Assembly (NCBI RefSeq): GCF_000020025.1 | Contig: NC_010628.1 | Span: forward strand, 2,760,001 to 2,792,000 | DNA length: 32,000 nt | Source of the DNA: Nostoc punctiforme PCC 73102 | GTDB taxonomy: Bacteria; Cyanobacteriota; Cyanobacteriia; Cyanobacteriales; Nostocaceae | Direction: 5' to 3' | Shown: positions 18,752-26,863 of the stretch, one piece after another | Layout of the letters: every line of letters starts with the position of its first letter | How positions within the stretch are numbered: position 1 is the first letter of the stretch | Notes under the pieces: model-generated | What the model saw: only the letters and a program-made list of their open reading frames with translations | Databases searched by the model: none | What the model was told of the DNA's origin: nothing | Made by a program: the position numbers and the translations under genes

Positions 18752-19636
18752 TTAGTTTGGTGCAGTTTCGTCGGAAAGAATAGTAATGATTTCGCTCAAA
18801 GGGCGATTGCGTTCGCATTCTTCTGGTGTTTCCTTACCCAAAGAGGTATCTTTCACCAAGCGGTAAACATCGGCTGCTCCGTAAAAAATCCGCTCAGTCA
18901 GACCTATTTCTTTAAAGGTTTCGGCAATCTCTTCCATTTCTCCTATCCAACGATGTGCTTTTGGTGTCATGGATGGAATGGAACGGGTGAGAATAGCAGC
19001 AAGTTCTGGTTGGCTACTAGATACTTCCTCCCATAGTTGCTCATCCAAACCTAAACGATGGGCAGCAATTAGTAATTCTGCACCAATCGCTGTCAGTCCT
19101 TTTGTTAGGGCGGCGTAAGACATCTTCAATCCAGAAGCCTGACCAATTTCATCGCCAATTACTCGTATATCTAACCCATAATTCCGCAATTGCTGGAATT
19201 CATCAGTCTGTTTTCCTGATGCATAGATGCGCGTGCGACCGGGAACTCTGGAAGGTGGGCCAATGATTGAAGCATCTACAAAAGTTGCGCCAGATGATTC
19301 AATCAGTTGGGCAATACGTTTTACCTTTTGGGGTGCGATCGCATTACAATCAACATAAAGAATCTGTTTCGCCACATTACTTATCACCTCAGCTACCTCC
19401 TTTGCTACCTCTGCGGCGGCGGCGGGTACTAAAACTGATAACACCACATCAGATTCAATTACCAGTTGTGTGAGGGAACCCACATCTTGGATATTGGCTG
19501 CGGCTGCTAATTGCCGAGTTCGTTCACTGCGATCGTCTAGGGCGGCAATGGTTTTCAATCCATTTTGATTGAGAACGGATGCGATCGCCTGCCCCATGTC
19601 ACCTGGACTTAAAATACCAACAGTTTGGATTTGCAT
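18752..19636 (-). CDS. NAD(P)-binding oxidoreductase with a DUF1932-type C-terminal domain
   Basis: 294 aa. N-terminal Rossmann-like VGILSPGDMGQAIA, a 6PGDH-type NAD-binding fold, then a helical C-terminal domain. Confidence 0.7.
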   Translation of the reverse strand: MQIQTVGILSPGDMGQAIASVLNQNGLKTIAALDDRSERTRQLAAAANIQDVGSLTQLVIESDVVLSVLVPAAAAEVAKEVAEVISNVAKQILYVDCNAIAPQKVKRIAQLIESSGATFVDASIIGPPSRVPGRTRIYASGKQTDEFQQLRNYGLDIRVIGDEIGQASGLKMSYAALTKGLTAIGAELLIAAHRLGLDEQLWEEVSSSQPELAAILTRSIPSMTPKAHRWIGEMEEIAETFKEIGLTERIFYGAADVYRLVKDTSLGKETPEECERNRPLSEIITILSDETAPN

Positions 19637-19789
19637 GGGAAAATTTATTTTTACCTGTATTCAGCTTTTAATTAATTTGCTGATTTTGGTGATTGAGTTA
19701 TAAGATAACCTACGGTAAGTTGATAGGATTACCGTAATGGGTCTAAATAGGAACCTACCATACATCATTCTCTAGAAGCAAGCTATTTA

Positions 19790-19990
19790 ATGACTCAAAA
19801 AGCAGAATTATCCCAATTTGTCCACGAGCGAATTAAACGAGTAGTATGCAACAACACCGTTTGGTGCAATACGGTTTGTCGATTACATGGGCTACCTGGA
19901 GAGTTTAAGGATGTACTATGGCTCAACCGACATGAAACACCTCGCTTTTATCCAAACGTCGTCACGCTAGTAGGAATTGTATTTTTCTAG
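19790..19990 (+). CDS. Hypothetical 66-aa ORF, possibly the N-terminal remnant of an acetyltransferase-like gene
   Basis: ..VCRLHGLPGEFKDVLWLNRHETPRFYPNVVTL resembles the start of a larger GNAT-related family that I recall only loosely. It ends abruptly. Confidence 0.3.
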   Translation: MTQKAELSQFVHERIKRVVCNNTVWCNTVCRLHGLPGEFKDVLWLNRHETPRFYPNVVTLVGIVFF

Positions 19991-20098
19991 TTATGGACTT
20001 GTTTGAGGGTTTACCAATTTGTGACATCTGACAATTAGCAACCTTCTCCAAACTGCTTAACTAAGCCATAGTTTCAATAAATCTATTCAAACCGAAAT

Positions 20099-21499
20099 AT
20101 GTCAGACATTGCTGATTTTTCTGCTTCTCAACTGTTATCACTATATCGCGATCGCCAGTTATCAACAGTTGCAGCAACCAAAGCTGCCCTAGAACGGATC
20201 AATACTTACAATAACTCAGTTAACGCCTTTGCGATCGTAGATGAAAACACTGCTTTGGCTGAAGCCCAAGCCTCAGAAGTGCGTTGGCTAAATGGGAATC
20301 CCCGTGGCTTAGTGGATGGTATACCTTTTACCGTCAAGGATTTACTATTAACCAAGGGTTTACCAACGCTCCGAGGGAGTAAAGCGATAACCTCCCATCA
20401 ATCTTGGGAAGAAAATGCACCTGCGGTGGATCGTCTGCGGGAACAGGGAGCAGTTTTATTAGGAAAAACCACAACCTCTGAATTTGGTTGGAAGGGTGTC
20501 ACCGACAGTTCACTTACTGGTATCACCCGCAATCCTTGGAATACAGATTTGACTCCTGGAGGAAGTAGCGGTGGTGCTGCTGTTGCTGCTGCATTGGGCA
20601 TGGGAACACTGCATCTCGCTACAGATGGTGGTGGATCATCAAGAACACCGGCGGCGTTAACAGGTGTGTTTGGTTTTAAACCGACTTTTGGACGTGTTTC
20701 TGGCTACCCATCAGCTCATACTGGATCATTGTTTCATATTGGCGTTTTGGTTCGCACCGTCACTGATGCCGCATTCACATTAAATGTCATCGCCCATTCT
20801 GATGTGCGTGATTGGTATGCTTTACCGGATGAAAAACAAGACTATACTTCTGATTTAGACAAGGGTGTAGCCGGATTGAGAATTGCTTACAGTCCCAACT
20901 TTGGCTACACTGAGGTTGATGTAGAAGTAGCTGCTTTAGTTAAAGCCGCAGTTGATGTTTTTGCTAAACTCGATGCGATTGTCGAAGAAGTCGATCCAGG
21001 TTTTGTGAATCCTCGCCCTATTTTTCAAACCTTTTGGCAAGCTGGTGCAGCTAAGTTATTGCGTGGCTTTAGTCCAGAACAACAAGCTGTAATTGAAGAA
21101 GGTTTACAAGCTACAGCCAAAGAAGGCGATCGCCTCACCTTAGTAGAATATCTCAGCGCCCAAGATGCCCGTGAAGCATTAGGACGGGAAATGCAAAGAT
21201 TTCATCAAAACTATGATTTATTACTTACTCCCACCTTGCCGATAGTTGCTTTTCCTGTTGGACAAAATCGGCCTCAATCATCTATTGATCCTCAGCACCG
21301 AGATTGGACACCTTTTACATATCCCTTCAACCTTACACAACAACCTGCTGCATCTTTACCTTGTGGCTTCACCAAAAACGGTTTGCCTGTTGGTATACAA
21401 ATTGTCGCTGCAAAATATAAAGATTTACTGGTATTGCAAGCAGCTAAAGCTTATGAAAATGTTTTTCCTTTCATCATGCCGTTAGGAGCAAGTAATTGA
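20099..21499 (+). CDS. Amidase (amidase-signature family, GatA-like)
   Basis: 466 aa. FTVKDLL (catalytic Lys region) and the GGSSGGAAVAAALGMG signature sequence. Confidence 0.9.
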   Translation: MSDIADFSASQLLSLYRDRQLSTVAATKAALERINTYNNSVNAFAIVDENTALAEAQASEVRWLNGNPRGLVDGIPFTVKDLLLTKGLPTLRGSKAITSHQSWEENAPAVDRLREQGAVLLGKTTTSEFGWKGVTDSSLTGITRNPWNTDLTPGGSSGGAAVAAALGMGTLHLATDGGGSSRTPAALTGVFGFKPTFGRVSGYPSAHTGSLFHIGVLVRTVTDAAFTLNVIAHSDVRDWYALPDEKQDYTSDLDKGVAGLRIAYSPNFGYTEVDVEVAALVKAAVDVFAKLDAIVEEVDPGFVNPRPIFQTFWQAGAAKLLRGFSPEQQAVIEEGLQATAKEGDRLTLVEYLSAQDAREALGREMQRFHQNYDLLLTPTLPIVAFPVGQNRPQSSIDPQHRDWTPFTYPFNLTQQPAASLPCGFTKNGLPVGIQIVAAKYKDLLVLQAAKAYENVFPFIMPLGASN

Positions 21500-21525
21500 G
21501 GCGAACAGCAAGATCCCAACCTTTC

Positions 21526-21582
21526 GGTTAATGGAGAAAAGGGAAAAGATTTGAATTCACCTTTCCCCTTTGCCCTTTAACC
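21526..21582 (+). terminator. Long imperfect hairpin downstream of the amidase gene (terminator or dispersed repeat)
   Basis: ggttaatggagaaaagggaaaag pairs with cctttcccctttgccctttaacc, about 18 of 23 positions, with an 11-nt loop. It starts 27 nt after the stop codon. Confidence 0.35.
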
Positions 21583-21704
21583 TTTTCCCAGACCAAAAGA
21601 AAGAAAAATTGTTAGGCTCATCCGAGAAGTATTGCTACTTGATTTACTTCCACTGTTTGTTGCTGCTATAGGGCATTTTGCGAATCTTCAATCTGCCATT
21701 AATT

Positions 21705-21726
21705 AAAAACTCCTCTTGGTTAGGAG
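21705..21726 (-). terminator. Possible rho-independent terminator for the 21796-22419 gene
   Basis: The minus strand reads ctcct-aaccaag-aggag followed by ttttt. The stem is only 5 bp. Confidence 0.3.
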
Positions 21727-21795
21727 GGGTAAAGTATTATTTAGTGTAATTAGAATTGACGCGCTATCGCATCAAAATTGAATGCCTAGCAAACA

Positions 21796-22419
21796 TTAGT
21801 CAATGATTTGTGGACTAGGAACTTGCGCGTCAATATCTGCCTGAGATAACGTAGGTAGCAACCAGTTGCTTTCACCGGCTTTGAAGACTTTGGCAGGTGC
21901 AACATTTAATTCAATTGCACCAGTAGCTGGATTAGTTTTAGCAATGGACTGTGTACCATCGACAAACTTGACTGCAATGGGTTGGGTTAACTCTTGTACT
22001 TCAGTATTAGGACTTAAAACTACTTGAGTACCTGCGGGTAGGTAGATACCATCACAATCCCAATCATCATCAGTAATTTGCCCTGCTGCTAAGAAGTAGA
22101 GTTGAGTTGGATATTTTTTCGGTTTATTGGCGTAGATACCCAAAGTTTTACCGGTTTGATTAAAGCACTGCGCTCGTTTTCTGGCCGTTTCGATTACATA
22201 CTTCTGAGACTGCAATTGTGATAGTCGGGCTTGAAATTGCTCAGGTGTATAGCCAGCTTGTTCAGGGTTATCTTTCACAGTGAGAAGTTGATTGAGTTCC
22301 TGAGTTACCTCAGCATAATCAGTTCCTTTGGTGAAATCTTTGCCTGCCCAAGAAGGTTGAGCAATTGTCAGATTCACAATAAACACAAGAGCGACAAGAA
22401 TAATTTTGATGAACTGCAT
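21796..22419 (-). CDS. Secreted hypothetical protein
   Basis: 207 aa with a clear signal peptide (MQFIKIILVALVFIVNLTIAQPSWA) and three Cys in the mature part. No family recognised. Confidence 0.6.
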   Translation of the reverse strand: MQFIKIILVALVFIVNLTIAQPSWAGKDFTKGTDYAEVTQELNQLLTVKDNPEQAGYTPEQFQARLSQLQSQKYVIETARKRAQCFNQTGKTLGIYANKPKKYPTQLYFLAAGQITDDDWDCDGIYLPAGTQVVLSPNTEVQELTQPIAVKFVDGTQSIAKTNPATGAIELNVAPAKVFKAGESNWLLPTLSQADIDAQVPSPQIID

Positions 22420-22727
22420 ATTTTTCTCCCTGGTTTGAGATTTTTAGTAATCAGCGAAGTAAGCTCTTAGCTGCTTAACACTTGAGTAAAAGAGTTAAAA
22501 AGCAAAATTATTGACTAACATAAGGAAGCTTTTTAAATATTTCTGTATAAGTTTTGATTTAGTGGAATGCTGAGTCTTGAATCTTAGTAAAACTTTCAAA
22601 TTTATTAGGATTATTGATTAAAGAAAGCTATGTTACTGCCCAAGATGGATAAGCTACTACTAAGTTAATTAAAACCACTAAGACTGTAAAACAAAGGGGA
22701 AATTTTTCATGTATTTTTAAAATAACA

Positions 22728-23386
22728 TTAGTGATGAGTCAGTTTTTCAACAGCTTTATTATTATCTCCAACTGCTTGAGCAACTGTAAAAGATTTATTG
22801 CTAGAAGGTTGTTTAGGAAATTTGCTATTAGTTTGAATATGCAAGCCCGGTAATAGAGCCACTTTAGCTTCTTTATTATCTTTAGGACTATTTACTAAAG
22901 TGACTTTCAGCTCATTGATAATTTGTTGCTGATCTTTGATAATTTGAGTTAGTTCGTTTAGCCTTTGAGAGTGTAAGTCATCCAATTTCTGATGTAGTAG
23001 TTCAATATTTTGACTAGCTTTAAGATTCACTTGGTGGTCGATTTCGGTACTTCTGCGATCGGTATCAGACTGGCGATTCTGACTCATCAATACAATTGGT
23101 GCTGTGTAGGCTGAAGCAAATGAAAACACTAAGTTGAGCATGATGAAAGGTGAATTATCCCAGTGGGGAACTCCTGGTGTCAAGTTCATTCCCACCCATC
23201 CCGCTAAAATGGTACTTTGGCAAATCAGAAATTTCCAAGAGCTACATGGTTAGCTAATTTATCAGCAAGCTGTTGTCCGCGCGTTAATTGCTCTATCGAT
23301 GCGTCTGGAGCTTTCTGTGCAACTTGAGTGTTTTGAAGTGCTTTTACATCAACGTTATTTGACAATATTTTTTTGCTCGTATTCAT
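22728..23386 (-). pseudogene. DUF1003 membrane protein, split by a frameshift
   Basis: The downstream part, WDNSPFIMLNLVFSFASAYTAPIVLMSQNRQSDTDR, is the DUF1003 core. An ATG at 23386 opens MNTSKK...GQQLADKLANHV in another frame. The frames must join near 23240-23255 (..SSWKFLICQSTILAGWV). Confidence 0.7.
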
Positions 23387-23587
23387 GCTACACCTGTTTA
23401 GTTAATTCAGTATGTGTTTGGCTTGATACTTTAAAATTAAGCTTTTCCGCCGATAGAAGCAAATATTCTTTTTTGTTAAAACGATAAATAAAAGTAATTG
23501 CTTGTAAGAATATTTGAAGCCGAAGGAGAATCCCAGCGATGTCTAGGACAAAAAGGAGACCCGATCGTGACACTAACAGCAAGTTGA

Positions 23588-23726
23588 ATTGAGATTACAC
23601 CCACCAAAGCAGCTCTTGGTGCCGTTATTACCGGAGTCGATGCCAGTCGTTCAGCAGAACCAGAGGTGCTTCTGCAACTCAAGCAGGCAATGGGCCGATC
23701 GCCACATCCTTATCTTCAAAAACCAG
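23588..23726 (+). pseudogene. TauD/TfdA-family dioxygenase N-terminal remnant
   Basis: IEITPTKAALGAVITGVDASRSAEPEVLLQLKQA, then after a frame change WADRHILIFKNQ, parallels E. coli TauD ITPLGPYIGAQISGADL...HQVVFLRDQ. There is no start codon. It ends at a dispersed repeat. Confidence 0.55.
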
Positions 23727-24231
23727 ACACGATGCCCTTCGACAGGCTCAGGGTAAGACCTGCGGCGGTAAACTACGCGATTATACTATAATTATTAGGT
23801 AACTTAAGCATTAGTGAATCTAATATTTAGTAAGACATAATATAATTCCCTGATGAAAATTTGGAATAGACAACTAAGCGATGCCTACGGCTGGCTACGC
23901 CTACCACTTTGTTTTGTCAGTCGGCTGAAGTCGGCAGTTTTATGTGATCGAGTTGCAAGAGTCGGGGAAAAAGTCTTTAGTGTAGTTATAGTAACCTGCA
24001 ATCATAAATGCTTAAACTTGCAATCAAAGTATTTTCAAACCAGGATTAACTGACTCTCGATCAGCAACGTCAGACATACTGACCCAGTACTTGTTCTAAA
24101 TCTTTTACGTCAGACTGTGTGACAAAGCTCTTCACTTTAACAACAATTCTTTGAAATCCCTTATTGACACTGATAAGGCGTTCTGCTGCCAAATCAGCTG
24201 ATAAACTCTTTTTCCCAATTTGAAGTAACGC

Positions 24232-24271
24232 TAAAAGCCCAGGCAGGGCGATCGCTCTCTACCCTGACTGG
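24232..24271 (-). terminator. Likely rho-independent terminator of the PhoX-family gene
   Basis: ccaggcaggg (24239-24248) pairs with ccctgactgg (24262-24271), 10 bp with 1 mismatch. The loop contains HIP1. The minus strand continues cuuuua. It begins 20 nt after the stop. Confidence 0.45.
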
Positions 24272-24290
24272 ACTGAAACAGGGCGTAGGG

Positions 24291-25616
24291 TTACCAGAAA
24301 GCGTTAGTTGGCCAAATAGCAAAGGTTATTCCTGGACTTTGCATGTTGACAAACATCGTATGACCATCGGGGGAGAAGCAGACCCCAGCGAACTCTGATG
24401 TGTTGAGGGCATTCTTGGCAAACTTGTAAAGACTGCCACTGGGAGTGATACCCAGAATGTAATCCGTTCCATCCCCATCTTCACAGAGGAAGATGTCGCG
24501 GTTGGGGAAAACTATAATATTGTCTGGATTATCTAGTACACCAGAATTGTTTGGTTCAATATATAGCTCAACGGTATTATTAGCGGGCGAATAACGCCAG
24601 ATTTGCCCATCTCCAGAACTACCTCCACTCTTGCAAGTGAAGTAGACATAACCACTACCATAAAAGATGCCTTCCCCACCTGAAAACCTGGCGGCACCGC
24701 TGTTATACCCTGCTGTTCTGACGGTATCAGTGGTGGGATCGGGATTGCTAATCTGTACCCAGTTCACCGCCCTAGGCGTATTTTTTGGGAAACCCGTAGC
24801 TGTGTTGATTCCAGACGACCCCGTAATCCTTAAAGCGTATAGCGAGCCGCCAGCACTCAGGTTGTTGCTTTGGTTGGGAATGAAGCGGTAGAAAAGCCCG
24901 TTTCCCTGGTCTTCCGTCATGTATATATACCCTGTGTTGGGGTCTACAGCGGCAGCCTCGTGATTAAAACGCCCCATAGCGGTTAGTGGGACGGGGGTGA
25001 CAAAAGTATTTGCACTACTGGGAACTTCAAACACATAACCATGCTTCTTGCCGTTATTGGTTTCAAAAGTTTCCTCACAGCTTAACCAAGATCCTGAAGG
25101 CGTAGGACCACCAGCACAATTGCGAATAGTTCCCGCTAGAACACCCCGATGTTCTACCAGGTTGCGGGACGAATTAACAACCAATTTAGTGCAACCGCCC
25201 CTCGCACTTGAGTTGTACTTACTGCTATTGGGAGCGCTCAGTCCATTGCTAGAAGTGGGAGTGAGTTCGTGGTTGCGAATTAGAATCGTATTGCCATTAG
25301 ATCCTGCAAAAGCACCCATACCATCGTGACCACCGGGTACCTGGTAACCATCATTCATCGTTTGGCCCGTTTCGGACAGTCTGCGGTAGGTGAATCCAGC
25401 TGGCAAATCTAATACTCCGTTGGGGTCGGCCACTAAATTGCCGTAGGGACCCGCAGCGATCGCGGGTTTAGCATAGAATGCTTGCAAAGGAGATAGAAGG
25501 ACAGCACCTGTAGCAGATGCCCCTGCCAGGGTAAAAAACTGACGTCTTGATAGATTCAATATATACTCCCTGATATTTTGGACGAGGCTTAATTTGTTGC
25601 AAATAGACAGCCTCAA
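24291..25616 (-). CDS. PhoX-family (DUF839) secreted protein with a twin-arginine signal
   Basis: The Tat motif SRRQFFTLAGASATGAV is followed by GPYGNLVADPNGVLDLPAGF.., HDGMG, NHE, NCAGG and FEV motifs recalled for DUF839/PhoX-like beta-propellers. The likelier start is the TTG at 25559 (MNLSRRQFF), preceded by AGGGAG. Confidence 0.8.
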   Translation of the reverse strand: MRLSICNKLSLVQNIREYILNLSRRQFFTLAGASATGAVLLSPLQAFYAKPAIAAGPYGNLVADPNGVLDLPAGFTYRRLSETGQTMNDGYQVPGGHDGMGAFAGSNGNTILIRNHELTPTSSNGLSAPNSSKYNSSARGGCTKLVVNSSRNLVEHRGVLAGTIRNCAGGPTPSGSWLSCEETFETNNGKKHGYVFEVPSSANTFVTPVPLTAMGRFNHEAAAVDPNTGYIYMTEDQGNGLFYRFIPNQSNNLSAGGSLYALRITGSSGINTATGFPKNTPRAVNWVQISNPDPTTDTVRTAGYNSGAARFSGGEGIFYGSGYVYFTCKSGGSSGDGQIWRYSPANNTVELYIEPNNSGVLDNPDNIIVFPNRDIFLCEDGDGTDYILGITPSGSLYKFAKNALNTSEFAGVCFSPDGHTMFVNMQSPGITFAIWPTNAFW

Positions 25617-25647
25617 TTATCTAGGAGGAGCAGGTTCTTTCAAATTA

Positions 25648-25683
25648 ATAAGAGGTTAAAAAAAGATTATTTAAGGCATTAAG
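25648..25683 (-). promoter_or_regulatory. Pho-box-like CTTAA repeats upstream of the PhoX-family gene (speculative)
   Basis: The sense strand reads CCTTAATGCCTTAAATAATCTTTTTTTAACCTCTTATTAA, about 90-125 nt upstream of the probable start. The spacing is 8 bp, not the canonical 11 bp. Confidence 0.2.
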
Positions 25684-26009
25684 GAAATGTAAAAAATATA
25701 CAAATTTATAATGGATTGGTTTATGCAGCAAAAGCATTAAAATTAGGGCTTTCATCGATTGAAAACTAGTCAAAAATTGGGTTTTGACTTCTTAATCGTT
25801 TCCAACCTCTATCTAGCAAAGATAATTCATGCGGCAATGCCATTTTTAATAGTTAACTTTATGTTAATAAATGGTGAAGATTGAGGTTCAATTTTAAGGT
25901 CTAATAATAGATTACCGATGTTAATGAATTGAAGTATGAAATTACACTTCTAAGCGATAACAGATTTCAGGGAGCAAATGAGGAATTTTTGAAAAGATTA
26001 ATGCTTACC

Positions 26010-26685
26010 TTATTCTGGCAGTTCCCCAAATTGTTGACGATAACGCTCAAGTTGTTTTTGCGCTAATTCAAGCTGTTCTTCTGGAGTTTGATAGCGCTTT
26101 CCTTGTTGGTCATACCAATACAAAACCTGACGCTGGATATTACCAGATACGTATTGGATCGCCCAATTCCCAAACCAATTTCTGGCATCCAAAAGAGTTC
26201 ACCAATTTGCAATTGATAGCTACCATCTACTAAGCGATAAACTTCAAAAGGTTGATGACGGTCTCTTTGCCAATACTCTGGATTATAAATAATGTAGTAC
26301 AGTACACCTAACTTGGCATAAGTTTCTAATTTTTTGTCGTATTCTCCACCCGGAGTTAAGGAGACAATTTTTAAAGCCAAGATAGGTACAATGTTGTTTT
26401 CTTCCCAAACAACATAACTTTTACGAGATTTACCTTCCTTGCGGCGTTCTACACCTAAGCTCAAAAATCCGTCTGGGACAATCGGCACAAGTGGACTAAC
26501 CCCTGTGGTATGGTAAACGCCCATATCCACGCTGAAAAACCAGTCATTACGGTTTGCCCAAATATATTGCAACAAAAAGAGAAGCAGGTTGGGAATAAAG
26601 TTCTGGTCTTCGTTATCCACAGGGTATCGTCTGAACAAGGAAGTTCAGCACTACTAGGCAATTGGCGGGGGTCTAATTTCACCAT
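26010..26685 (-). pseudogene. Uma2-family (DUF820) endonuclease, two frameshifts
   Basis: Three frames together read LPSSAELPCSDDT / PVDNEDQNFIPNLLL..DWFFSVDMGVY..PDGFLSLGV..YYIIYNPEYW..WMPEIGLGIGR / ..RQVLYWYDQQGKRYQTPEEQ, which is the full Uma2 layout. The shifts are at about 26620-26630 (a C-run) and about 26150-26170. Confidence 0.8.
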
Positions 26686-26863
26686 AAGTAATGATGGTGC
26701 TGAGATGACCTAATGACCTTTATTTTATTAGACCAGAAGGCTTTATTCGGAAAAGTCGGGAAAAAAGTCGGGTTTACAGAATCTTATCCGAAAACTCCAG
26801 CAACATAACTGTAGAGTAATTTATAGTTGTCCCTAAAATCTGAACTATCCTTGTCGTTACACA

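Noticed and set aside
21246-21485. 79-aa ORF inside the amidase gene in another frame
   Set aside because: It is fully nested in a strongly supported CDS. The product is Leu/Ile/Lys-rich, an artefact of AT-rich codon third positions.
23853-24053. 66-aa plus-strand ORF
   Set aside because: It starts within a dispersed repeat (gcgatgcctacggctggctacgcc), has no motifs, and lies in a region of gene remnants.
24060-24235. Minus-strand open frame ..LAAERLISVNKGFQRIVVKVKSFVTQSDVKDLEQVLGQYV*
   Set aside because: It has no plausible start codon upstream of a TTG about 40 codons from the end, and I recognise no family. It may be another gene remnant, but I cannot support a call.
25769-25788. Perfect 7-bp hairpin gtcaaaa-attggg-ttttgac in the intergenic region
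   Set aside because: It is an AT-rich short stem about 220 nt from the nearest gene end. Its stability is too weak to call it a terminator or an ncRNA.
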